DNA from: a virus
Lineage: Duplodnaviria; Caudoviricetes
Strand: one strand, 5' to 3'
DNA: 57,709 bases
IMG/VR virus record: IMGVR_UViG_3300025392_000646
Location: 1 to 57,709 of that record
The notes beneath the pieces are model-generated. The model saw only the letters and a program-made list of their open reading frames with translations. It was not told where the DNA came from and did no database searches. Below, piece by piece: positions 36,830 through 46,484 of this stretch (within the stretch, counting starts at the first letter, position 1; each line of letters opens with the position of its first letter). A program made the position numbers and the translations under genes.

Positions 36830-38475
36830 TAGTTCCAAGTTTTAATTGTTTCATCTAATAAAGAATATCCATCTAATTGTTTACTATATGCTTTATTTGT
36901 TGTGTACCTTAATTGAGGGTGATGAAAAAATATATGATTGAACCACAAATCACCAGCATCCCATTCTGAATCTTTTATTCTATCATTCCACCACTCTCTA
37001 TCCGAATTTCTAACCATATAAGCGTGTGCAAGGTCTTGATTATGTGCAGTTCTACTAAAATTTACATCAACATTATCTATACTCCAAGATGGATTATTTG
37101 CAAAACTTATATAATATACATCATCTTTTTCAACTATTTCACAAGCTTTATAAACAATATCTACAAATTTCTCAATAGGAGTGCTTATATATGCATCCGC
37201 TTCAAATACTAAAGTATAATCATAATCTCTATTTAGATTTTCAACCGCTGTTTTATGTGCTAAATAACAACCATAATGTCTACCAGTTATCCAACCCAAT
37301 CCAGCACCAGGATATAATTCACCAGGCTCATTTGTTTTACTTAAATGCTCAGGTCTTCTACAATGTTCAGCGGGTGGAAATCCTTTATATACTTCATTTA
37401 CAATTGGTACATAATCTATTCCATATTCTTCCAATTGTTTTATAGATTTCATACTAAACTTTTCTCTTTCATTATAAGGAGTTGTTAATAAATGTCTAAT
37501 TTGTATTCTTGGTTTTTCACCAAACCCTTCTTTAAAATCAGGCTTTAATTGAAGTAAAATTTGATTCTTAGTTTTATATGTATCATCATCTATATAAGTT
37601 ACTAATGGATTATCATCGTAAGTATCTAAATAGGTATGTAATTTTCTAAATATAGATGGCAGTTTGTATGAAAGAGCTTCTTTAACTGATAGTGGATTTA
37701 ATTCCAATTTAGAACTAAAATAAAACATATCCGATGCTGCATAGAATGTATCTACATCGTTCCTTTCACCCCATATAATACAATTATCTGGTTTATTTTT
37801 CATTAATGGTAGCCAATAATGTTCAAAGTTTCCAGCTTGATTTCCTACAAAATGAAATTTAATTTTATACTTTTCTAATTGTCTTGCTATTTCAAATATT
37901 TCACCTTGATTTTTACCAGGTGCAAACAATCCTACATTTAAAACATGCTTCCAATCAGATTCAAATCCTAATTTCTTTTGTGCAGCTTCTTTATCAAATG
38001 TATAATCTTCAATAGGATATTCCCATAATTGTAAATCAACACCAGTATCTTTAAATCTTTGTTTACTCCATTTAGATACTAAAACATATCTATCAGGATG
38101 ATAAACAATTTCATTTGGATTTGTAAAAGAACCATGTGTTGTTGCAACAATAAAATAAGGTCTATCTTTTCTAAAAATTACATCCAATATATTTGTTGGT
38201 AAATCAAATTGTGGTATTTCCTGAAAATGTATAATATCAGGTTGATACTTATCTATTATATCTAATATCTTAGATTTGTCATCTCCCAAAGTGTGGACAA
38301 TTGCCAAACTTTTAATTCTATTTTTTTGAACAACAAAAGCATCTCCACCAGAATTGTTTATTTCAACTACTTCAATATTAAAGTAATTTATAAATTCTTT
38401 TACCTGCTTATATAGATATTGTGGTTGTCCGCCCGTAGACAAATGCGGGGCAATATAAAGTAACTTTTTCTTCAT
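36829..38475 (-). CDS. Two-domain glycosyltransferase: N-terminal GT4 (GT-B) and C-terminal GT25/GT-A-like domain
   Basis: PHLSTGGQPQY, LNVGLFAPGKNQ, ELNPLSVKEALSY (GT4 E-x7-E); C-terminal GCYLAH...YTLVFEADA resembles the GT25 GC..SH...LILEDD motif. Confidence 0.82.
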   Translation of the reverse strand: MKKKLLYIAPHLSTGGQPQYLYKQVKEFINYFNIEVVEINNSGGDAFVVQKNRIKSLAIVHTLGDDKSKILDIIDKYQPDIIHFQEIPQFDLPTNILDVIFRKDRPYFIVATTHGSFTNPNEIVYHPDRYVLVSKWSKQRFKDTGVDLQLWEYPIEDYTFDKEAAQKKLGFESDWKHVLNVGLFAPGKNQGEIFEIARQLEKYKIKFHFVGNQAGNFEHYWLPLMKNKPDNCIIWGERNDVDTFYAASDMFYFSSKLELNPLSVKEALSYKLPSIFRKLHTYLDTYDDNPLVTYIDDDTYKTKNQILLQLKPDFKEGFGEKPRIQIRHLLTTPYNEREKFSMKSIKQLEEYGIDYVPIVNEVYKGFPPAEHCRRPEHLSKTNEPGELYPGAGLGWITGRHYGCYLAHKTAVENLNRDYDYTLVFEADAYISTPIEKFVDIVYKACEIVEKDDVYYISFANNPSWSIDNVDVNFSRTAHNQDLAHAYMVRNSDREWWNDRIKDSEWDAGDLWFNHIFFHHPQLRYTTNKAYSKQLDGYSLLDETIKTWN

Positions 38476-38480
38476 TGTAA

Positions 38481-38512
38481 CAAATATACAAAATTATTTT
38501 GAAAATACCAAA
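38481..38512 (-). promoter_or_regulatory. Bacteroidota-type primary-sigma promoter (-33 TTTG / -7 TAnnTTTG) for the glycosyltransferase operon
   Basis: Minus strand TTTG-N20-TATATTTG, ending 5 nt before the ATG at 38475. Confidence 0.75.
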
Positions 38513-38516
38513 TTTA

Positions 38517-38801
38517 TTATTCAGCAGATTCAAAAGTAACAGTACCTTCTTTTAAATCAATTTCACCCATTGGATATTGTGATTCCAATTCTTTAAGCGT
38601 TTCATTAAATTCTTTACCAGCTTCATCTGATTGTTTTTCGATATCAGCTTTTACTTCTTCTAATCTTTTAATTTCTGTGTTTAAGTCTCTAGTTCTTAAA
38701 TGAATTTGACCTAAATTAATCAAAAATTCATTAATTTTTGTTTGAGAAGTAGTTAGTTTATCTAATACTTCTTGTGATAATTGTTCAGTTTTCTTTGCCA
38801 T
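38517..38801 (-). CDS. Coiled-coil protein, paralog of 35235-35630
   Basis: Heptad pattern plus the YPMGEIDLKEGTVTF tail. Confidence 0.55.
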   Translation of the reverse strand: MAKKTEQLSQEVLDKLTTSQTKINEFLINLGQIHLRTRDLNTEIKRLEEVKADIEKQSDEAGKEFNETLKELESQYPMGEIDLKEGTVTFESAE

Positions 38802-38818
38802 AATATATTATTTGTATA

Positions 38819-38827
38819 TATAAATAT
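38819..38827 (-). promoter_or_regulatory. Putative late promoter motif
   Basis: Exact motif upstream of ATG 38801. Confidence 0.6.
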
Positions 38828-38835
38828 ATAGTTTT

Positions 38836-39282
38836 TTAATTTTCGTATGGAGAATTTCCCAATAAATCAATTGGCCATTTACCCTTTAATTCATTAATTG
38901 TGGTAACATCGGATAAATCCATAGTTGGTAAATCTCTTAATTTTTGTTTTTGTGATACTATATCTGCTGTTGAATTACCAATCTCCAAAGCTTTCATAAA
39001 TTCTACATCTAAAGTAGGAAATAAAATATTTCTAGAATCTCTAATATGCTTTATAAATGTTTCTTTAGCTTTTTCAATATCAATAAAATATGTTGTTGTT
39101 TCACCATTATTTAATGACCAATCAACATCATAACATTCTGCAAAATGAGAATCTCCAATAGATGATTCTATATAAAAATATTTAGAATCTGGTGGTATTA
39201 TTTTATCCAAAGAACTACTTGCAAAACTTGGTATAAAAGTTGTAATTCCCATTTCGTTTTTAAAAACAATTAATTTTTCCAT
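38836..39282 (-). CDS. Tail fibre assembly chaperone
   Basis: IRDSRNILF..LDVEFMKALE......IVSQKQKLRDLP...WP motif; immediately downstream of the giant fibre gene. Confidence 0.75.
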   Translation of the reverse strand: MEKLIVFKNEMGITTFIPSFASSSLDKIIPPDSKYFYIESSIGDSHFAECYDVDWSLNNGETTTYFIDIEKAKETFIKHIRDSRNILFPTLDVEFMKALEIGNSTADIVSQKQKLRDLPTMDLSDVTTINELKGKWPIDLLGNSPYEN

Positions 39283-39291
39283 ATTTTTATT

Positions 39292-42200
39292 TTATAAATC
39301 AGTTACTATAAATGATATAAAACCACCATTGTATCCTTCACCTATATATTGTGTACTATTATTTGTACCCATATATCTAAATGAAAATGCACTAGATGAT
39401 TTTGAAACTAACATAGCTATATCAGTTCTTGAAGTTGATGCATAATCTATATTAGAACATGTCATAGTTACAGAATAATTTGAACTTCCCAAATCATTTA
39501 AAAAATATACAGTATAAACAGGTCCATGCGTTGAACTATATCCAATATAAGGTTGGCAATTATAATTATTATAAATTGCATAATAATTTGGACTTTGTTC
39601 TTGACTACTATTTCCACTTGCACCAATATATTCTATCATACCAAATGCTTTTACCGCAGCTGGATTACCTGGTATTTTACTCTCATCAGTTAAAAATCCA
39701 GATGGATTTGCATATCCTGCTGTTCCTGCTGTTCCATATGTACCACTTATCCAAACATTACCATTAACTTTCATAGTATATGGATATGAACTATAACCAG
39801 CATTCGTTCCATCAACTACTTGTATGTATTTATCAGGAGATATTACAGATTGAAATCCACCACCATTAACAAAAGTACCTGCTGATATTGGTTTAACAGT
39901 TACACTTCCTGCGTTTGGTTGAAAAGTAACATATGCATATGAATTTTGATATCCATAGTTTGTATTACCAGATGTATCTTCTGTATTTATATTGTAATTT
40001 GCTACTATTTTAATATTATATGATTGACCAGATACAAGATTATATGATAATTTAAATGTAATATTACTATTAATATTACTTGTTTGTGGATTTGATAAAA
40101 TATCACCAGGAACTACAGTAAAATAAGATTCAGCAAATGCATATGTAGGATTCGAAGCCATTAAATAATTTCCAGAATTATCAGTCAATAACATATATGC
40201 GTATAAAGATGCGTATGCATTTCCTTCCGAATATGCTTGCCCATTTCCAGTAAATTGAAATGTAAATGTATGTTTACCACTAACCGCAGCTACAAATGGA
40301 CCAGTTGATGTATTATATTCAAAAGAACCATATCCATCTGGATTGTAAAGAGATGGATTTGCTGGGTCTGCGGAATTATTTAAAGAATATGAACCAGTAC
40401 TAGATACACTTGGAAAATATGTACCTGCTGCACCATAATAATCATGTGTTTGAATTGATGGTAGATTTAAATCAGTATCAGCTTGAAATCTTAAACTTCC
40501 AGCAGAATCATAAACTGCAATTGATGCAGAATCTCCTGCTGTAAATTGTACATCTGTATTTGATGATTCTAAAATACCAGGTGCAATTATCCAACCACCA
40601 ATACTACCTCTATCCGTAAATATTGAACCACTTAATTCTAAATTTGTATTACTCCATTTTAAATATCCACCAGAACCACTTAAAGATAATGCGGGGTTTC
40701 CTGCTGAATATCCCATAAAAATACCAGGATTTGCATATCCTTGTCCATCCGTTTGACCTATTGATATATAAGGATTTGCATTTCCAGCTCCTTCATTTGC
40801 ATTTATAGTTACTAATGCACTTCCACTAATAGCACCAACATTAACAGTCTTATCAACATAAACTTGTTTTGCAAATAATACATCAGTTGCTACAGAACTA
40901 AATTGTGCTCCAAACGATTGCCAATATGATGAATACGAACCACCAGTTACAGGCAATGTTGATGGGTCTGCTGTATGTGTTGTTGTACATAAATAATATG
41001 CCCCATCACTACCCATCACAACATCCGTTCTAGTTGATGTATGATAATAATAAGTTCCGTTTGTCCATTGTCCTCTATAAACTACACCAGGGCCAGGTCC
41101 TCCATTTGCACCATTAGTACCATTTAAACCATTTACACCACCACTACCAGCAGTACCAGATGTACCAGCTGCAGCTGCTATAATCCAAGGTCCTGTTCCC
41201 GGAGGTCCATCCGTTGCACCACCACTTATGTTTGCAACATGCGATGGATTAGAAGTACATTGCCAACTTTGTCCACTATATGTTACAATATCATTTAAAT
41301 AATAAGTAAATCCGTTTGTCCAAGCTCCTCTAATTGCTCCCTCATTAACACCAGCAGCAGTTTGTCTTATTGCTCCTTTGATTATTAAAGTACTACCATC
41401 CCAATATAATCCAGATGTTGTTGATGTACCTGCGTTTACAATTGAAAACCTACCCGTTGTACCACTTGCTCCATTTTCATAAATACCTAAGAAGATACCA
41501 CTTTGACCATATCCAATTACAGCAGGGTCTGTTGGGGAATATCCACCACCAGAAGTTCCATATGTACCATGTTGTCCTATAGCGATATATGGGTCAGTTC
41601 TACCACCAGCTATAATTACGTTTGCGAATTTTGAAGTATCTGCGTAAGTACCAACATTCAATGTATTCTTAACATATGATTCATCAAAGATAGCAAGTTT
41701 TGCAGATACAAAGAAATCTTGCGTTCCCAAATATTGCCACCAAGCATTATCTGCGGTTGTACCAGATGGTGCGTGTGCTCCAACTAAATTTGAATTTCCA
41801 TCATATGTTGAAGGTCCACTACCACTTATAGCTGCGTAATATGTTGTTGGGTTAGTTCCATATATTACGGCATCTCTACGATAATTTGTTGTTTCTACAC
41901 TTCCTATATAATTTGTTCCACTACTCCAAGTTCCTCTCATTACAACACCAGGTCCAGTATTTCCTTCATATTGAACTGCTATTGATTCGGTTTTAAATAC
42001 AGTTGCTCTACCATCTTCAATATCTATTTTATAAACAATATAACCAGTTGGATTTGTTTTTGGATAATCCCAAGCAGTAATATCACCCATAGATGCAGAT
42101 GGACCTGTTATTACATTTGATGGTAAATGTATAAATGATGAATGCGAATCTATTGATGCTGAAAACTCTCCAATAGAACCAATATAATTTCCTTGTAAAT

Positions 42201-45200
42201 CATATGTTTGATTATCATATGTTGTTACTTCTTGCAATTCTTGGCTTCCTTTATAAACTCTAATTGTTGTACCAGTTCCAGCAAATGTTGTTGCTCCAGA
42301 AACTTTATAAACAATTGATGCGTTTTCATTTGATAATACAACATTATATGCATTTCCGCCAGATTTAAGTCCTTGAATTGTAACTTCGGAAAAAGTTACA
42401 GGCGGTAAAGTTGATGAACCATCTCTAGCATCCACTTTCCAAACAGAAGTTTCTCCCGCATTTGTTGCATCGGATGATGGAATTTCTAATGTTGGTGATG
42501 TTTGTATTGTTGAGTATGCATATCCATCTTTATAAAATCTATAATAAACAGAACCAGTAAAATTAAATGGTGTTGCTGTTAAGAATATAGAACCTTGAGG
42601 AGATACAACTGCACCATCTCCATCAAAGTTTACTGTTGTTGATGTTGATGCTACCGATAAACTTCTAGCTCCTTGTCCATCTTTAGTTCTTAAAAAAGTT
42701 TGAGAACCACTTACAGATATTGAACCCGTTGTGTGACCAGGCAATAATGAATATGGATATACATCAAAATTATATTGAATACTTGCTGTTGGAGAATCCA
42801 TTCCATTAAATCCACTAACAATTAAAGTTGTTTTATCCAATAAACTACTTGTCAATGTAGCAACTGAAATATGATTTTGTATAATAGATGATGTTTGGAA
42901 TGTACCAGGTTGTTTACTAGCTGTATATACTAAATAATCACTTCCTTCTCTTAATTGTATTGTTGTATTTGCAGGTGAATAATTATTTATTACACCAACT
43001 TGAGTTGCTGATAAATTTACATTTGCTGGTGTGATTAATACTTGAATTGGCGGTGCTCCATCAACTGCTTTTGTATAATTTTGTACAACACTTTGTGTAT
43101 AATAAGATGATGTAAAATATGGATGAATTTCAAAATCATAAGTAATACTTCCACTCAATTGGGTAAGATTACTCATTGATACCATATTAAAAGATGAAGT
43201 ATCGTTATAATTAAATGAACCAGTAATTATATTAGAACCACTAGCAAATACTAAATTAAATGTACCAGGTGTTTGAGAACCACTAAATGCTAAATACTTT
43301 GAACCTTGTTTTAATTTAATTTGAGTATTAGCTGGTGTGTATGTATTAACTACACCTTTTGCATTTGAATTAAGAATTACGCTTGCCGGTGTTACTTCAA
43401 ATACAACAGTATCATCTCCCGGTTTTCCTTCAGGAACAATTTGCCAAGTTTTTGCTACACTAACTGATGAAGTTGTGTAAGGTTCGGTGTAAGTAAAACT
43501 AACATTTAAATGCCTACTTTCAGATGTTAAATAATATGTTGATGCACTACCAGGTCCAATTAAATTTTTATTATCATCAATAGCAGTAATAGTTACATGC
43601 GGGTCAACACTAAATGTAGTATAATACAAATAATAATGTGGTTGATAATCCAAATCTATTGACATTGATGGATACACATATATTGATGCAGATACTGCTT
43701 GAGTATTAGCTCCTCTAATATAAAATGATGCAGTTGCTGATGCTGATATTGGTGTGAATACAGTTGATGTTCTTGGTTGTATTGTAAAATGTTCAGTAGT
43801 ATAATCTAAGAAACCAGTTCCCAATCCATCTTGCAAATCTGTCAATAAAGTTGTTGCTACAATTGATGCTGATGTAAGAGATGAAGTTGGTATTAAGTAA
43901 ACTGATAATTGTTTATTTAATTGTGCTTTTAAAGTATCTCTAGTGAATATAGCGTTGTAGTCTAATTGTTGAGTTCCCAAAGAACCAGTTGTAATTCCTA
44001 TTAAGAATCCAGAAGATGAAGCTTGAGTTAATGTAATATATTGAGAACCACTTAATACATGCAATTTATAATTACTTCTACCTTTTATAGAAGTTGAATT
44101 TAAATTTACAGTATTAACACCATCAACTACATACGCCTGTAATTCTAAACTTTGTGTACTACTATTACGAATCTCAGTTCCGTTGTATGCTTTAATAAAA
44201 TAATTAATACCACCAAATCCGTCTAATACTCTTGTAATTACAGCGGTATCGGTATATCCTTCACATTCACCTGTAATTTCTACATATTGAACTTGTATAT
44301 CACTTCTTGAACCAGTAAAATGTTGAACTGTTAAGAATGGCACTGAACCAGTTGCATTGCTCAATAAACCCGGATATACCATATCTCCAGTTGTATATTG
44401 TGAACCGGATAAAATATTTCCGTAAAAATCAATTGATTGTGATGTAAAATTAACTATTGAACTTGTTAATAAAGTTTTTGTTAAATTAAATGCAATTGTT
44501 GTTGGTGCTACTGGGTTAGAACCTGAATCAAATTGAAAATATAATGATGATGGGTTTAATTTAAAACTTTTATTTAAAGTTTGTAAGTTACCACCATTGA
44601 ATAATTTTTGTTGCTCTACTCTAACAGGAATAAAGTTATTATTAATATCATAAAATTCAAAACGATAATCAAATGTTTCTACCGGTAAACTTCTTGGTAC
44701 TGATTGTATAAATGTTATTTCATCAGGAGAAAATGCTGTTTCTTGTGCAGATGTAAAACTAACATTTGCAATATACCAACCTGTTCCAACTACTTCAAAA
44801 TAAAGTTTAGGATTTTGAATTGAATTTGCAGTTATATTTTGTGTTATAGTACTTTTTTCTAAAAGAATATCTTCAGAAGATATTTGAGTAATAGTTTGTT
44901 CAATACCAAAAGGTGTACTATTACTTCCAGTTGATGAACCACTTAAAAATGCTCTAATATAATTATTAGGGTTTATGTTAGCTCCTAATCTTAAATTAAA
45001 ACTTAATGTATATTCCTTACCACTATTAACTGAAAGAGATTCTGATGTAAAAAAATATTGAGATACTCCACTATTATTATCTAACTTAGCAGAATCATAT
45101 AAATAAGTTTGATTGAATGTTTCTATTAAACTATTAGATGATGTTACCCAATATTGTTGTAAAAGTGGTTGTGTAAATATACCATAGTAATCTGATATTG

Positions 45201-46224
45201 CATTTGAAGAATTTAAATTAATTAATAATTCATTTGATTCTAAAGTTACTTCTTGTACAAATTGATAATCTCCAATATCCGATTGAGATTTTCTAAATAT
45301 TTTAACTCTAGCTACATCACCAGTAAATGTTGTTAAATCGGTTAAACTTATTTTTGCAAATGAACCAGTTAATGCACTTGCTGCTAAAGTAGTTCCTTCT
45401 AAATAACTAAATGAAGCTGTATATCTTTGATTTGTAAATGAGGTTACATTACCATTTGCATCAGTATATGGATTTGATACTAATAAATCAGTACTACTAA
45501 CTACTTCATTTGATAAAGGAAAATAATTTAAATCAGTTAATTCTAAAGTATTACCAACAATCGAACCAGTCCAATGTGTATTTCCATCAGTTGTCAATTT
45601 ATAATATGTTGGTAAAGTATATCCACTTAAAGATTGCCCTTGACCTGGCGTTATTGGAGTACCACTAACAGAACCACTCTGAACAACAGTTGTGATAACT
45701 GTTGCATATAATGGTTTAACCAATTCATCGATTGTTACCTTTGGTCTTTTATAAAATCTTACTTTATCTTCGTTTGAAAGTAATCTATTTGTTTTAAAAT
45801 TCTTTTGCCACTTTACATTATATACACCTTTCCAAGCATCAGGCACATCAACCAAAACATTATTTGAATCATAATATTTTTTTAATTCACCTAATACAGT
45901 AATGTTAGCATCACCAATTGGGGTATCTTCATAAACATAAACTGCTACAACTTTAGAAGTTCCTTCATAATATTGAGGAATACCTTGACCTGGTTCAAAA
46001 TAAATAGGATTTCCATTAACATCCAAAATCTCAATTTTGATTTCAGTTGTTTCCATAAGATATTGAGAACCTTCTATTAGGAACGCATTCTTACCAGCAG
46101 TAAATGTATCTTTAAATTCAGTTATTTTAAAGTATTGTGAATTTGGGTCATTATCAACAACCAAAGTTTCATAATATTTTAAATGTGGGTCTACTATTGG
46201 GGAGTACTTCTTAATTCTTGCCAT
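39292..46224 (-). CDS. Giant tail fibre/baseplate-attached receptor-binding protein (2310 aa)
   Basis: Beta-rich; duplicated Ig-like modules (TPA.V.L...GV.N.Y.PANT.I.L..GS.YL); three RG.W..G..Y CBM5/12-like modules; followed by a chaperone gene. Confidence 0.75.
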   Translation of the reverse strand: MARIKKYSPIVDPHLKYYETLVVDNDPNSQYFKITEFKDTFTAGKNAFLIEGSQYLMETTEIKIEILDVNGNPIYFEPGQGIPQYYEGTSKVVAVYVYEDTPIGDANITVLGELKKYYDSNNVLVDVPDAWKGVYNVKWQKNFKTNRLLSNEDKVRFYKRPKVTIDELVKPLYATVITTVVQSGSVSGTPITPGQGQSLSGYTLPTYYKLTTDGNTHWTGSIVGNTLELTDLNYFPLSNEVVSSTDLLVSNPYTDANGNVTSFTNQRYTASFSYLEGTTLAASALTGSFAKISLTDLTTFTGDVARVKIFRKSQSDIGDYQFVQEVTLESNELLINLNSSNAISDYYGIFTQPLLQQYWVTSSNSLIETFNQTYLYDSAKLDNNSGVSQYFFTSESLSVNSGKEYTLSFNLRLGANINPNNYIRAFLSGSSTGSNSTPFGIEQTITQISSEDILLEKSTITQNITANSIQNPKLYFEVVGTGWYIANVSFTSAQETAFSPDEITFIQSVPRSLPVETFDYRFEFYDINNNFIPVRVEQQKLFNGGNLQTLNKSFKLNPSSLYFQFDSGSNPVAPTTIAFNLTKTLLTSSIVNFTSQSIDFYGNILSGSQYTTGDMVYPGLLSNATGSVPFLTVQHFTGSRSDIQVQYVEITGECEGYTDTAVITRVLDGFGGINYFIKAYNGTEIRNSSTQSLELQAYVVDGVNTVNLNSTSIKGRSNYKLHVLSGSQYITLTQASSSGFLIGITTGSLGTQQLDYNAIFTRDTLKAQLNKQLSVYLIPTSSLTSASIVATTLLTDLQDGLGTGFLDYTTEHFTIQPRTSTVFTPISASATASFYIRGANTQAVSASIYVYPSMSIDLDYQPHYYLYYTTFSVDPHVTITAIDDNKNLIGPGSASTYYLTSESRHLNVSFTYTEPYTTSSVSVAKTWQIVPEGKPGDDTVVFEVTPASVILNSNAKGVVNTYTPANTQIKLKQGSKYLAFSGSQTPGTFNLVFASGSNIITGSFNYNDTSSFNMVSMSNLTQLSGSITYDFEIHPYFTSSYYTQSVVQNYTKAVDGAPPIQVLITPANVNLSATQVGVINNYSPANTTIQLREGSDYLVYTASKQPGTFQTSSIIQNHISVATLTSSLLDKTTLIVSGFNGMDSPTASIQYNFDVYPYSLLPGHTTGSISVSGSQTFLRTKDGQGARSLSVASTSTTVNFDGDGAVVSPQGSIFLTATPFNFTGSVYYRFYKDGYAYSTIQTSPTLEIPSSDATNAGETSVWKVDARDGSSTLPPVTFSEVTIQGLKSGGNAYNVVLSNENASIVYKVSGATTFAGTGTTIRVYKGSQELQEVTTYDNQTYDLQGNYIGSIGEFSASIDSHSSFIHLPSNVITGPSASMGDITAWDYPKTNPTGYIVYKIDIEDGRATVFKTESIAVQYEGNTGPGVVMRGTWSSGTNYIGSVETTNYRRDAVIYGTNPTTYYAAISGSGPSTYDGNSNLVGAHAPSGTTADNAWWQYLGTQDFFVSAKLAIFDESYVKNTLNVGTYADTSKFANVIIAGGRTDPYIAIGQHGTYGTSGGGYSPTDPAVIGYGQSGIFLGIYENGASGTTGRFSIVNAGTSTTSGLYWDGSTLIIKGAIRQTAAGVNEGAIRGAWTNGFTYYLNDIVTYSGQSWQCTSNPSHVANISGGATDGPPGTGPWIIAAAAGTSGTAGSGGVNGLNGTNGANGGPGPGVVYRGQWTNGTYYYHTSTRTDVVMGSDGAYYLCTTTHTADPSTLPVTGGSYSSYWQSFGAQFSSVATDVLFAKQVYVDKTVNVGAISGSALVTINANEGAGNANPYISIGQTDGQGYANPGIFMGYSAGNPALSLSGSGGYLKWSNTNLELSGSIFTDRGSIGGWIIAPGILESSNTDVQFTAGDSASIAVYDSAGSLRFQADTDLNLPSIQTHDYYGAAGTYFPSVSSTGSYSLNNSADPANPSLYNPDGYGSFEYNTSTGPFVAAVSGKHTFTFQFTGNGQAYSEGNAYASLYAYMLLTDNSGNYLMASNPTYAFAESYFTVVPGDILSNPQTSNINSNITFKLSYNLVSGQSYNIKIVANYNINTEDTSGNTNYGYQNSYAYVTFQPNAGSVTVKPISAGTFVNGGGFQSVISPDKYIQVVDGTNAGYSSYPYTMKVNGNVWISGTYGTAGTAGYANPSGFLTDESKIPGNPAAVKAFGMIEYIGASGNSSQEQSPNYYAIYNNYNCQPYIGYSSTHGPVYTVYFLNDLGSSNYSVTMTCSNIDYASTSRTDIAMLVSKSSSAFSFRYMGTNNSTQYIGEGYNGGFISFIVTDL

Positions 46225-46241
46225 TTTTCCTATTTTGTATC

Positions 46242-46267
46242 AATAAATATTGTATTTAATATTTATA
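46242..46267. promoter_or_regulatory. Back-to-back divergent late-type promoter motifs
   Basis: ATATTTATT on minus (46242-46250) faces the fibre gene; ATATTTATA on plus (46259-46267) faces the RHH gene. Confidence 0.6.
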
Positions 46268-46277
46268 ATTAGCTGAA

Positions 46278-46307
46278 TCTAAAGAATACTTTAGAAAATT
46301 TTAGAAA
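46278..46307 (+). promoter_or_regulatory. Candidate RHH operator
   Basis: Inverted repeat TCTAAAG-AATA-CTTTAGA (46278-46295) and direct repeat TTTAGAAA at 10-bp spacing, between the promoter motif and the RHH start. Confidence 0.45.
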
Positions 46308-46310
46308 GTT

Positions 46311-46484
46311 ATGAAAAAATACGCAATGATACAAATAGATGCGGAGGTGCATCAAGCTTTAAAAGAATATTGTAAGGAAAAAGGATATAAAATAAATGGG
46401 TTAGTAGAAACCCTTATAAAAGAAAAGGTGGAATCCTCAAAGAAGACCCCACCTAAAAATGTATTACCAGTTGTTAGAAATTAA
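46311..46484 (+). CDS. Ribbon-helix-helix (Arc/CopG-like) DNA-binding protein, 57 aa (below the ORF-track cutoff)
   Basis: Hand translation MKKYAMIQIDAEVHQALKEYCKEKGYKINGLVETLIKEKVESSKKTPPKNVLPVVRN*: alternating N-terminal strand, helix, Gly turn, helix. Preceded by ATATTTATA on its own strand. Confidence 0.72.
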   Translation: MKKYAMIQIDAEVHQALKEYCKEKGYKINGLVETLIKEKVESSKKTPPKNVLPVVRN

